Shown here: in pieces, positions 10,005-19,594 of the stretch
How positions within the stretch are numbered: the stretch's first letter is position 1
Layout: each line of letters opens with the position of its first letter
DNA from: Ignisphaera sp.
GTDB lineage: Archaea; Thermoproteota; Thermoprotei_A; Sulfolobales; Ignisphaeraceae
Assembly (NCBI GenBank): GCA_038889075.1
Contig: JAWAHS010000001.1
Coordinates: 409,069-446,138 of the forward strand
Length of the DNA stretch: 37,070 bases
Direction: 5' to 3'
The notes under the pieces: model-generated
The model's database searches: none
Told to the model about the DNA's origin: nothing
What the model saw: the letters and a program-made list of their open reading frames with translations, nothing else
Program-made: the position numbers and the translations under genes

Positions 10005-10949
10005 ATGGTTGAGAAAGGTATTGTTGTGAAACTCAATGAGGCCTATCGAATAGTAGCGAGGGTGTCCCTTATCTCAGTTATTGGATTCTCAATTGAAGCT
10101 ATCTTTGCATTACTTTCATCATCATTTATATTGTACACAGATGTTGTCCACTGGGCTATAGATGGAGTACTCGAGTTTACCGTTGCCCTCTCCCTCTATT
10201 TAACATCCAAAGCGTATAGGAGATTCTCGTGGAATATTTTCTACATAGAGAATATACTCGTACTCACAATAGCTTCAACAATCTTTGTATTCTATATGCA
10301 TAACTTCATAAGCTACGTAAATGAAACTATAGCTAATCCCCATACTGTAGCCGTTACTACAACGGAGCCTCTGTTAGCCATAGTTTCATCCGGCGGTATG
10401 CTACTTACATGGATTGCGCTTAGAATGCTCCGTAGAGGATTCAAGAAAACAGGTATGGAGTTACTAAAGGCTGAGTATATCCATGCTTTGGTAGATATTG
10501 TTGCATCGCTAGCTACAACATTAGGTATAGTTGCAACAGCATTTACTAGAAGTATAGCAGTCGAACTTCTTACGATAATATTTATTCTATTCTTTATCTT
10601 ACATAGTATATCGGATCTGTTCCTAGATTCAATTAAATCCTTTCTCGGATTAGGTACGGATCCCGAGTTGAGATACAAAATTCTCTCCACTCTTAACAGC
10701 TTTGAAGAGATTGTGATAAAGCGTATCGATTTGCGAAAGGTAGGATCTTTCTATATAGTTAGGATAGAGTGTTTCATAAACCCATCCACAACGATACTTA
10801 GAGCACACAAGCTACGGTTAAAGATTATGGAGACGTGTAGAGAAATAAGCGAACTAATATACCATGTAGATGTAATTTTCTATCCATATAAAACAGCAAA
10901 GAGAACTAGAAAACAGGATAGAGCAGTATCTAAACCACACAGCAATTAA
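10005..10949 (+). CDS. Cation diffusion facilitator (CDF) transporter
   Basis: Six TM helices; DVVHWAID and HALVD metal motifs; C-terminal dimerisation domain (RKVG...AH). Confidence 0.88.
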   Translation: MVEKGIVVKLNEAYRIVARVSLISVIGFSIEAIFALLSSSFILYTDVVHWAIDGVLEFTVALSLYLTSKAYRRFSWNIFYIENILVLTIASTIFVFYMHNFISYVNETIANPHTVAVTTTEPLLAIVSSGGMLLTWIALRMLRRGFKKTGMELLKAEYIHALVDIVASLATTLGIVATAFTRSIAVELLTIIFILFFILHSISDLFLDSIKSFLGLGTDPELRYKILSTLNSFEEIVIKRIDLRKVGSFYIVRIECFINPSTTILRAHKLRLKIMETCREISELIYHVDVIFYPYKTAKRTRKQDRAVSKPHSN

Positions 10950-11138
10950 AGGAAAAATAATACCCTGCAGCACACAGTGCCACTAGGGGTTAGATATATA
11001 TCAACCTGTTATCTACTAAACGACCTATTCTCAAGGTGAATCAATGTAGCTGTAGTTATCTTCTTTAGGGCGTTAAGTAAATAAATTGTTAACGATATGC
11101 TATAGTTCTGGACCTGGTGTACTACTCTACAATAGACT

Positions 11139-11579
11139 GTGGTTGTCATTATGTCGGATAAGGAAAAGAGTATTGGCGTCAAATTTGGCGTATATATTCA
11201 AAGAGAGCTTATAGAGGAGTTGGATAGGATTATGTTAAATAGCGGTATTAGGAATAGATCTAAGCTACTTCAAGAGGCTCTAAGACTTTTCATAATCGAG
11301 AATAGGTGGATTTCATCAAAGGAGGTCGTGGGCTCTATTTCAATTCTATACAATCATGATGTTGGTGATATCGATGAGAGGCTTACAGATATCCAACATA
11401 CATTTAGAGACATTATTATTTCAAGTATGCATATACATCTGGATGAGGACACCTGTATGCTTGTAATTGCTGTTAGAGGGGATAGCCAGAGAATTAAAGA
11501 ATTCCTAGATAGCATTCGTATGTTGAAGGGTACCCTACTTGTGAAACATTCACTTCTCGCAGTACGGAATCGAGAATAG
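11139..11579 (+). CDS. nikR: Nickel-responsive regulator NikR (RHH + ACT); likely start ATG 11151
   Basis: RHH region NRSKLLQEALR; YNH, QH, MHIHL and C nickel ligands. Confidence 0.9.
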   Translation: MVVIMSDKEKSIGVKFGVYIQRELIEELDRIMLNSGIRNRSKLLQEALRLFIIENRWISSKEVVGSISILYNHDVGDIDERLTDIQHTFRDIIISSMHIHLDEDTCMLVIAVRGDSQRIKEFLDSIRMLKGTLLVKHSLLAVRNRE

Positions 11580-11685
11580 TAGTGCAACACTCTTTGATGC
11601 GATATATAGCGGTGCATCGCATAACAGTAATGCTTTTATATACAAGTTACCCACTGCAGAAATTTAATTGTAGGTGTGGTGAGTA

Positions 11686-12084
11686 ATGAAATCATATATA
11701 GCGTTGTTAATGGTAGTATTAATAGCTGTTGTAGCGTTGGCTACGGATAGTAGGATTCAAGCCTTTGTAGCGGTAAACTATACACCTGTAGCTACAAATA
11801 CAACTAATAATATGAATGCAAGTGAGGTTAATATAACAACGATAACTATAACAAGCTATACTACAACGACCGTTACCTCATATATATTCCAGACATACAC
11901 CTCTATACAGGTTGTAACACTAAATTGGGGTGTAGACCCGAACCATGTTATTATATTTATAGTGGTTGCTGGAACGCTGGCTCTAATCATCGGATATATA
12001 CTTGGATATCGAACAAAACGGGAGGAGATTGCCGCAAAATCTAGAATTGAAAAACCTACGGTAAAACCCGGAAAACGGAGGTAG
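11686..12084 (+). CDS. Thr-rich, membrane-anchored cell-surface protein
   Basis: Signal peptide, N-x-T/S sequons, Thr-rich linker, C-terminal TM helix plus basic tail. Confidence 0.75.
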   Translation: MKSYIALLMVVLIAVVALATDSRIQAFVAVNYTPVATNTTNNMNASEVNITTITITSYTTTTVTSYIFQTYTSIQVVTLNWGVDPNHVIIFIVVAGTLALIIGYILGYRTKREEIAAKSRIEKPTVKPGKRR

Positions 12085-12099
12085 ACTATCATTATCGCA

Positions 12100-12699
12100 C
12101 TATTGGATATTGTTTAGAGACCTCCACAGAATTTCGAGAAGTTCTATGGGTTTAGGAATTCTGCCATTCTTAGCATTAAACTCGTCTATAGCTTGTGAAA
12201 TTATTTTCCATGCTTTATATCCTGCGATACAATGGTGTGGAATAAATGGCTGGGGATAGGGATGATTAGATTCTCTGTTAAACAAGCCAATCTGAATTTC
12301 CTCAGAAGCGAAAGGGTATGAAAGGCAGGCATAGGGTTTAACTTTATTAATACTGCACATCCAATCCTTTAAAAAGGGACACGGTCTTCCAAGGTAATAA
12401 TTGCTATTAATTTTCATAAAATATCTTATTGCATCAGCACCTAGCATGCTAGTAACATCGTCTATATCGAATTGATAGATAGGTATATATCCTCTTTCCT
12501 TACAGCACCTTCCACCGCAGAACCTACATTCCTCTGAAATGTCTAGAAGATTCATAGCAAACTGAAACACAATTAAATACGCTGAGATGCTTGCTACACT
12601 AACTCTATACCTATCTAAATACCTTAGAACAATCCTCGCTTTCTCTACATCTCCCTTTAAAGCTCTCTTAGTTAGATAATGAATATCATCAGCATTCAT
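12100..12699 (-). CDS. YkgJ-family (CxxCxxCC) cysteine-cluster protein
   Basis: CRFCGGRCC, CPFL, CSI, KPYACLSYPF. Confidence 0.88.
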   Translation of the reverse strand: MNADDIHYLTKRALKGDVEKARIVLRYLDRYRVSVASISAYLIVFQFAMNLLDISEECRFCGGRCCKERGYIPIYQFDIDDVTSMLGADAIRYFMKINSNYYLGRPCPFLKDWMCSINKVKPYACLSYPFASEEIQIGLFNRESNHPYPQPFIPHHCIAGYKAWKIISQAIDEFNAKNGRIPKPIELLEILWRSLNNIQ

Positions 12700-12857
12700 T
12701 TTTACATCACATATATGGAGCTCATAGAGATATGGTGTTGCTACACTATAAGGACATTCTGAACTTTATATAGATTACTTCTTACACAACCCTCTAATTT
12801 TCCTCTTCAATGAAAGTTGCAGATAAAATTCTCTTCATACAGATGATATAGCCTATA

Positions 12858-13475
12858 TTATATGGGTACAGACCTTACCTTTATTTCTCGATAGAAGCAT
12901 TTGCTAAATATTTTTTGTATAGGCTCCATGTGGATATTCATCATTGATGCGAATAGCATTGAAGCCGCTATAGATGATAGTCGCTTACCCACCTTTTGAT
13001 TAACCTTAACCATACTCGAAACCGTTAATATCAATGCCAATATTATAATGAGGCTTGTATCTATATAATTAGACAGTGCAGCTAGACTATTCTGAATTTC
13101 TTCTCTGCATTCTAGTTGAATTATATCATCGATCGATTCACCCACACTGTTTCTACATTCAATAAGTCTAGTAGCCATATTCAGTAGTGAACTTAGAATA
13201 TCCTCACGCACAGGGTTATAGGAGGCAATGCTTTTTATTGTAGCTTCAAGACTGCTAATTGCATTTAACACAGCTCTTTTAGATTGTGTTAGCCTATTTA
13301 CAGTTCTATTTGAGATTTCATATGGAATGCATTTTGAGGACTGCACCATTTTTACTATCTTTGTAAGGTGGTCTACAATTTCAGTCAAAGAATTTAGATC
13401 TATACAGCACTCCGCATCCACGCAGATAGAAATAGAATCAGTTTGAGCATATGGGTTACTCATCCTGTTTCCCAC
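12858..13475 (-). CDS. Hypothetical helical protein; start uncertain
   Basis: 205-aa ORF with one hydrophobic helix; 5' end overlaps a C/D sRNA candidate. Confidence 0.65.
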   Translation of the reverse strand: MGNRMSNPYAQTDSISICVDAECCIDLNSLTEIVDHLTKIVKMVQSSKCIPYEISNRTVNRLTQSKRAVLNAISSLEATIKSIASYNPVREDILSSLLNMATRLIECRNSVGESIDDIIQLECREEIQNSLAALSNYIDTSLIIILALILTVSSMVKVNQKVGKRLSSIAASMLFASMMNIHMEPIQKIFSKCFYREIKVRSVPI

Positions 13476-13503
13476 AGTCGTTGGCTGCCCACATCATCAT
13501 CCT
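13435..13503 (-). ncRNA. Box C/D sRNA candidate; D' guide complementary to the 23S A-loop
   Basis: C ATGATGA 13500-13494; 12-nt guide TGTGGGCAGCCA; D' ACGA; hairpin CTGT-GGGAA-ACAG; C' AGGATGA; D CTGA 13441-13438. Confidence 0.65.
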
Positions 13504-13566
13504 CTAGATAGATTTTCCTCAAAAGCTAAAAACCTTTTCAACAGGATAGCTTACTTGGTGCATTGA

Positions 13567-15261
13567 TTGAAGGGTATTCATAGGGTGCTCTGCCTCCTTT
13601 TGCTATCCTTTATAGCAATACCTAGTGTCTCGACCTATGCTGTGAATGTATGGTTTCTAGGAGTTGATAATAGCAATCCCTCTATAGGTATTGCTATGAA
13701 ATCCCGTATACAGATACGCCAATCGCCATCATATAGGGTCTCTATACATAACGTTGAATTTGATAAGAATGTGGTGTATTCTTTTTTACTAGCTGGCTAT
13801 GCCATGAAATATGTATGCGGCGTGAACATAGATGGAATTGCTATAGATGTATATATTGATGGGCGTAGACAGGTAAGGGGGTCTAGCGCATCACTTGCAT
13901 ATACAATGGCAATTCTAAAGGCTCTAAATAAAACTAATATAACTGCTTTTAGCTGGGGGGCAACTGGTGTTACCTCTATAGATGGATTTATAGATGCTGT
14001 AGGGGGTCTGTATGCAAAGATAGAGGCTGCAAAGGAAAGTGGTCTCGAGATTGTATACATACCCACAATTAACGCATTGATATATTCTGCAAACAGCGAA
14101 GCCCCCAGAATTGTTAGAGTTACTTCACTAGCAGATCTGTGTAGGGATCTAGATTTCAACAGAGTTCCTATGAAGCTCCCTCCAGAAGGTTTTGAAATGG
14201 TGAACAAATTCTTTATGTACAGAGCTATCGAGTTTCTAAATATGTCAAAGGCACTTATAGACAAGTTTCCGATAGATATGAGAAGGACTGTATTCTTGGA
14301 GTATAAAAATCTCTCTACAAATGTTGAAAAAGTACTGGAAAGAGGACATGGATACACCGCTGCAAGTTATGCATTTACAGGATACATGCAGATACTACAT
14401 AGATACCTAATGCTTAATAATAGCATATCTAATTACTTAGTAGATGAAAGCAAAAATATTATCGAGAGTGCTTTAAACAGGTTCAACAACTTCAGATATA
14501 TCCATCCCTCAACAATTCCAATACTGGTAGTAATACTTGATAGGATTACTGAAGCACAATTCTATGCGGATCTATATAAAAATCTCACCCAGTCATCCAT
14601 ACCATCAAGATCGCCGACAATCGTTTTAGAAGCTGTAACCAGAGCATACACTAGGAGTTTAACAATAGACACGTGGCTAGATTTACTAGAAATGGTAAAC
14701 AGCACTATGGTTACCAATAGAGACTGTCCACTCATTGAATTCAATAGAGTATACGATGCAACATTAAGTGTCCTAAAAGCTGTAAGCTTAACAATAGAGT
14801 GGAATCAGGAGTTCGCCCCCCTTTCACTTTCTGCTATAGCCTCAGTACGTAGTACGTTAGCGAAACAATTGGATGAAGAATCTCGCTTAAGGGTGGCTAA
14901 CGAACTTAGGAAGCTGTACATAATTCACACCAGCTATCTAGATGACGATGCTAAGATCGTTCCCTACATATATTACATCTATGCTAAGGATCTAGAACTA
15001 GATGGTAGTAGCGATTACATAAGTATACTATCCATGTCAACACTTATAGCATCCATAACAAATATTATTAACAGTATTTTAAGTAGAGGTGGCCTACCTA
15101 TACAGCCAGAATATACAGAAGTTCCATTGCTCTACAATGCTAGAGTTGTAGCGCTGTTTCTGAACATTATAGTGGCATTTCTTCTACTGGTATTATTACT
15201 TCATATAATTGAGAAGAGTCTTGGATCTACTCCTTCCTACACTATATTCAATAGAATCTAA
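13567..15261 (+). CDS. Membrane-anchored S16 (Lon proteolytic domain-like) serine protease without ATPase domain
   Basis: Signal peptide; GSSAS...ATG...VGGLYAK Ser-Lys dyad 44 aa apart; C-terminal TM helix. Confidence 0.8.
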   Translation: MKGIHRVLCLLLLSFIAIPSVSTYAVNVWFLGVDNSNPSIGIAMKSRIQIRQSPSYRVSIHNVEFDKNVVYSFLLAGYAMKYVCGVNIDGIAIDVYIDGRRQVRGSSASLAYTMAILKALNKTNITAFSWGATGVTSIDGFIDAVGGLYAKIEAAKESGLEIVYIPTINALIYSANSEAPRIVRVTSLADLCRDLDFNRVPMKLPPEGFEMVNKFFMYRAIEFLNMSKALIDKFPIDMRRTVFLEYKNLSTNVEKVLERGHGYTAASYAFTGYMQILHRYLMLNNSISNYLVDESKNIIESALNRFNNFRYIHPSTIPILVVILDRITEAQFYADLYKNLTQSSIPSRSPTIVLEAVTRAYTRSLTIDTWLDLLEMVNSTMVTNRDCPLIEFNRVYDATLSVLKAVSLTIEWNQEFAPLSLSAIASVRSTLAKQLDEESRLRVANELRKLYIIHTSYLDDDAKIVPYIYYIYAKDLELDGSSDYISILSMSTLIASITNIINSILSRGGLPIQPEYTEVPLLYNARVVALFLNIIVAFLLLVLLLHIIEKSLGSTPSYTIFNRI

Positions 15262-15831
15262 TACTTCTTTAACAAGCTTAAAATCACCTTCAAGGAACCT
15301 CTTTAGCTGAGGATTATATAACGCCGCTGCTGGATGAATCGTTGGTATAACAACAACCTCCAAGTCAAGTATATTCATCTTATATGCCCTCCCCCTCATT
15401 TTAGTGATACCACTCCATACCATATTACCCATAGAGAAAATCTTTCTACCTGCAACGTTACCCAGTGTAACTATGATACTTGGTCTAAGAAACCTTAGTT
15501 GTGCTTCTAAATATATACTGCATAGAGATACCTCATCATCCCTAGGCTCTCTATTACCTGGAGGTCTACACTTTACAACATTCGTTATATATACGCTTTC
15601 ACGTGAGATGCCCAGGGTTTCCATGGTCATCGTCAAAAGCTTTCCAGCTGCACCGACAAATGGTCTACCCATCTCATCCTCAGCTGAACCAGGAGCTTCA
15701 CCAATAAATATTATTCGAGATTCCCTATTTCCTTCACCAGGAACAGCATTCCTTCTAAATTTATGAAGATCGCATCTTGTACAATTTCTAATAGCATATT
15801 CGAGCTCATCCCAAGAGCTGAAAGACTGCAT
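15196..15831 (-). CDS. udg: Family-4 uracil-DNA glycosylase (4Fe-4S)
   Basis: CTRC, GEAPG, RPFVG, NVVKCRPP, HPAA. Confidence 0.96.
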   Translation of the reverse strand: MQSFSSWDELEYAIRNCTRCDLHKFRRNAVPGEGNRESRIIFIGEAPGSAEDEMGRPFVGAAGKLLTMTMETLGISRESVYITNVVKCRPPGNREPRDDEVSLCSIYLEAQLRFLRPSIIVTLGNVAGRKIFSMGNMVWSGITKMRGRAYKMNILDLEVVVIPTIHPAAALYNPQLKRFLEGDFKLVKEVLDSIEYSVGRSRSKTLLNYMK

Positions 15832-15913
15832 AGCGTTGTTCCCTTGAAGATGTTATTATGGGTACCAAATTAGCTTTTTACCTCTCATAAAGCATAGATG
15901 TTATGGTGACTGG

Positions 15914-16120
15914 ATGGTGACTCTAAAACACGGTAAATATGTATATATTGAAAGAGGTGATGGTTACTACATAAAAGCTAGAGTACTCAAGAGCAGAGAG
16001 GATGAATCATCTAAATACATTATCGTAGGTCCAAAACTACGTAAGCCGCCTGCTAATGCAACTATATTAAAGGAGAGCCAGCTACCAAACAATACAAAGG
16101 AGAAGCTCTACATGATATAG
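15914..16120 (+). CDS. Small basic crenarchaeal protein (DUF5622-like)
   Basis: LKHGKYVY...KARVLKSR...KYIIVG pattern; GGTGA SD. Confidence 0.75.
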   Translation: MVTLKHGKYVYIERGDGYYIKARVLKSREDESSKYIIVGPKLRKPPANATILKESQLPNNTKEKLYMI

Positions 16121-16242
16121 GAATTGCTAATCCCTCCCTAAAATTGTATAGAATTCGATAGAGTATACTATCGTATTCCTTTAGACCTTAAGTAACAGTA
16201 TACAGTTATCTAGTGAGGGATCTCTCGCGATTTTGAATATTA

Positions 16243-16298
16243 TGGGATGATGTGGTCGACGTATGCCGATGGATGAAGATGGGTCGATAGTCTGACCA
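16243..16298 (+). ncRNA. Box C/D sRNA candidate
   Basis: C-like ATGATGT/GGGATGA about 16244-16253; D' CCGA 16266-16269; C' TGGATGA 16270-16276; D CTGA 16292-16295; terminal TGG/CCA stem; intergenic. Confidence 0.7.
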
Positions 16299-16313
16299 AT
16301 ATGGCGGATGCTA

Positions 16314-16895
16314 TCAATATAAGAATAGTTTTCTATTAGATAGATTTCTCTTAATTGAATCAACTTCTCTCTGTTCAGCATATGCAATCCTTCTTGCACT
16401 AGGGTTAGAAATTCCTATTGCATAAAACCATATCAGTCTGTCATGTCTATTTTCATCCACTAAGCTCTTAACAAAGAATGGGCTCCACCCTCTTACCGAA
16501 AAATCGAGTGTGACTATAATAGTCCCTGGATCCAGCTCTTCCTCCAGTTTATATGAAAGTCTCTCTAATACTGACGGATATAGAAATAGATACACTATTG
16601 TAGGTCTGGGTGTAATGTCTCTGAGGTTCACGGTAAAGAAGTCTGTACAATATATTCTAGTTCTATCTTTCACTTTTAAAATTTCAGCTGCAATATCAAA
16701 GATGTTGCAAAGCACTTTATCCAATTCAATACATATACCAAAGGCCCCATATTTGCTGAACTCCAATAGTACTCTACCATCGCCACATCCCATATCTAGT
16801 ACAACATCGTCTTTTTTTATCCCAAGGGCGTGGAGTAGATAGATTATAACACTACTGGGTGTTGGTATCCAAGGAATGTTAGACACATACGGCAC
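16314..16895 (-). CDS. SAM-dependent protein-lysine methyltransferase, aKMT/Dot1-like
   Basis: PWIPTP, DMGCGDGR, YLFL, KLEEELDPGTIIV, RGW match the crenarchaeal aKMT pattern. Confidence 0.82.
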   Translation of the reverse strand: MPYVSNIPWIPTPSSVIIYLLHALGIKKDDVVLDMGCGDGRVLLEFSKYGAFGICIELDKVLCNIFDIAAEILKVKDRTRIYCTDFFTVNLRDITPRPTIVYLFLYPSVLERLSYKLEEELDPGTIIVTLDFSVRGWSPFFVKSLVDENRHDRLIWFYAIGISNPSARRIAYAEQREVDSIKRNLSNRKLFLY

Positions 16896-16974
16896 CTACA
16901 ATACGGCTTAGCATACCATTTAATAAACTTAGAAGCGCTCTTAAAAGTTGGTAGGCATCTCGCTGTAGACTGTA

Positions 16975-17034
16975 TTAGATGATGAAAGCGCTCTTCGCTG
17001 TAGAAATGTGATGAAAAGTCATCCATCTGAATAA
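16975..17034 (+). ncRNA. Box C/D sRNA candidate
   Basis: C ATGATGA 16979-16985; 12-nt guide; degenerate D' (CTGT/TAGA); C' GTGATGA 17008-17014; 12-nt guide; D CTGA 17027-17030; intergenic. Confidence 0.78.
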
Positions 17035-17124
17035 GGATACTCGGTTAAATCGCTTCACAAAATTGTTCTAAAATAGTGTGAAAAGGTATTTTAGCTATAT
17101 CTTTGAAAATATAAATCCAGCAGC

Positions 17125-18684
17125 GTGATGCTAATGTCTGAAAAACATAGATTTTGGAACTTTGTAGCCCTTGGTATAGATCCCTATCTAACCGAGTATA
17201 GGTATGAGGTATCAACAACAGTATCTGAAATAAGAAGTAGATATGGCTATCTTAGTAAGGGTGAAGAATCCGGAGATGTCTGGAGTATAGCAGGTAGGAT
17301 CATGGGTCTACGAAAACATGGTAAGATAGTATTTGCTGTGCTTGACGATGGTACTGGTACAATACAGCTTGTGCTCAGATATGATGTATTGGGTGAAAAG
17401 GTTTGGAATATTGTTGAGCTATTGAATGTTGGCGATGTTGTAGGTGTTAGAGGCAGACCTATGAGAACCCTAAGGGGAGAACTATCTATACTAGTTAATG
17501 AGCTATCTGTGCTCTCCATTACATGGAGGGACTACCCTGAAAAGTGGCATGGATTAGCAGATGTTGATAAAAGATATAGACTTAGGTATCTAGACATAAT
17601 GCTGAACGAAAAAGTGAGGAAGGCAATTGTATCAATGTATAAGATTGAGAAGAGCTTTAGAGACTATCTTGATTCAAAAGGTTTTATAGAGATACACACA
17701 CCCAAACTACAGTCAATCTACGGAGGTGCTTTAGCAAGACCATTTACAACAAAAATGTATGCACTAGATAAGACTGTCTACTTAAGCATAGCACCTGAGA
17801 CGTACCTCAAAAGGGCGGTTATTGCCAATCTATACAAGGTTTATGAAATAGCTGTTTGCTTTAGAAATGAAGATATAGATGCACAGCACTATCCAGAATT
17901 TATTCAAATTGAAATCTATCAAGCATTTGCCGATTGGAATGACATGATGAAGTTGGTTGAGGAGATGATCGCCTACAGTATTAAGAATGTATTTGGAGAT
18001 TACAAGGTAGAGGTCGAACATAATGGTGATAGAATAGAATTGGATTTTAAGCCACCGTGGAAAAGGATACCGTTAGAGGAGGCTGTTGAAAGTTATGGTG
18101 GTATAAAGGTAAAGGGTAAAAACTATGAGGAGCTCAGTGAGATGGCAAGGAATTTTGGTATAGAGATCGACGATCCTAGAAGAGGTAAAATAATTGAAAA
18201 ATTATTTGAAAGGTTTGTTGAACCTAGGCTTATACAGCCTACATACGTAATTCTGTATCCAAGGGACATCTCTCCACTTGCGAGACCATATAGAAATGAT
18301 CCAAACTACTCGGAGAGATTCGAATTGTTCGTGAAGAGCCTTGAAATTGGCAATGGATACAGTGAATTGAATAACCCAATAGTACAATACTTCTTCTTTA
18401 AGAAGGAAGAAGATCTGAGGCTCAAATCTATGCATAGAACTAGTGAAGTAGAATATCATCCAATGGATAGAGATTATGTAAGGGCACTTGAATACGGTAT
18501 GCCTCCTACAGCAGGTGTTGGTATAGGAATATATAGGCTTATTATGATACTCTCCGGACTCCCAAGTATAAAAGATGTAATACCGTTTTCAATTGTTGAG
18601 CTAGATGAATTTAAGACCGTTGCTGAAAACCATGAGGATGTACTGAGATATTATATTGAAAATCTGCAATTGGATAGAATATAG
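17125..18684 (+). CDS. lysS: Lysyl-tRNA synthetase, class II
   Basis: OB-fold anticodon domain, RYRLRYLD, GGALARPF, motif 2 FRNE, motif 3 GMPPTAGVGIG. Confidence 0.97.
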   Translation: MMLMSEKHRFWNFVALGIDPYLTEYRYEVSTTVSEIRSRYGYLSKGEESGDVWSIAGRIMGLRKHGKIVFAVLDDGTGTIQLVLRYDVLGEKVWNIVELLNVGDVVGVRGRPMRTLRGELSILVNELSVLSITWRDYPEKWHGLADVDKRYRLRYLDIMLNEKVRKAIVSMYKIEKSFRDYLDSKGFIEIHTPKLQSIYGGALARPFTTKMYALDKTVYLSIAPETYLKRAVIANLYKVYEIAVCFRNEDIDAQHYPEFIQIEIYQAFADWNDMMKLVEEMIAYSIKNVFGDYKVEVEHNGDRIELDFKPPWKRIPLEEAVESYGGIKVKGKNYEELSEMARNFGIEIDDPRRGKIIEKLFERFVEPRLIQPTYVILYPRDISPLARPYRNDPNYSERFELFVKSLEIGNGYSELNNPIVQYFFFKKEEDLRLKSMHRTSEVEYHPMDRDYVRALEYGMPPTAGVGIGIYRLIMILSGLPSIKDVIPFSIVELDEFKTVAENHEDVLRYYIENLQLDRI

Positions 18685-18775
18685 ATTCGCTAACGTTATT
18701 AACATTGCTATTGCTGCGTTTACTTCATGTTAACTAATATACTGTTTACGCAATACTATTTTTGGCGATGTAGCC

Positions 18776-19594
18776 ATGGCTGTAGCTATAGGCCCGCTAG
18801 AGATCTTCGGAATTTTTCTACTATTAATAATAGTATTTACAATACTATCGAGATCTATAAGAATTGTAAGAGAATGGGAGAGAATAGTAGTACTAAGACT
18901 GGGCAAATTTGTTGGTATTAGAGGACCTGGTCTCATTTTACTAGTCCCCTTTGTTGATAGGGGTCTCATCATCGATATGAGAATTAATACTATTGACGTT
19001 CCTAAACAGGAGGTTATAACAAGGGATAATGTCACTATAAGAATCGATGCTGCTGTATACTATCGTGTTATCGATCCTGAAAAGGCTGTATTAAGGGTTA
19101 GAGACTATAACTATGCTATTGCAATGCTAGCCCAAACAACTATGAGGGATATAATTGGACAGATTGAACTCGACGATGTGTTGACAAAGAGAGATGAAAT
19201 AAATAAAAGAATACAGAGTATTATAGATGAGGTTACAGAGCCATGGGGAATAAAGGTATCTATGGTGACTCTAAAAGCTGTTGAGCTTCCAGAGGGGATG
19301 ATTAGGGCAATGGCTCATCAAGCTGAGGCTGAGAGAATTAGAAGGGCTAGAATAATAGAAGCTGAGGCTGAGAGAACTGCTGCAAAGATATTATCCGAGG
19401 CCGCTCTAACCTATGAAGCTCATCCGATAGCCTTAAGGTTAAGGGAACTCCAAACCTATGTTGATATAGCTAAAGAAAAGAATGTAATAGTAATAACAGA
19501 GAGTTTGGGAGCTAGAACAGCTACAGAGGCTATAGCTACAGCTTTTGCTGCACAAAAAGCCTCAGCATCTGTTTCACAGGAAACTGCAAAGTGA
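18776..19594 (+). CDS. Stomatin-like SPFH (slipin) protein
   Basis: N-terminal TM; GPGL, QEVITRDNV, AQTTMR, QAEAER, LRLRELQT. Confidence 0.95.
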   Translation: MAVAIGPLEIFGIFLLLIIVFTILSRSIRIVREWERIVVLRLGKFVGIRGPGLILLVPFVDRGLIIDMRINTIDVPKQEVITRDNVTIRIDAAVYYRVIDPEKAVLRVRDYNYAIAMLAQTTMRDIIGQIELDDVLTKRDEINKRIQSIIDEVTEPWGIKVSMVTLKAVELPEGMIRAMAHQAEAERIRRARIIEAEAERTAAKILSEAALTYEAHPIALRLRELQTYVDIAKEKNVIVITESLGARTATEAIATAFAAQKASASVSQETAK

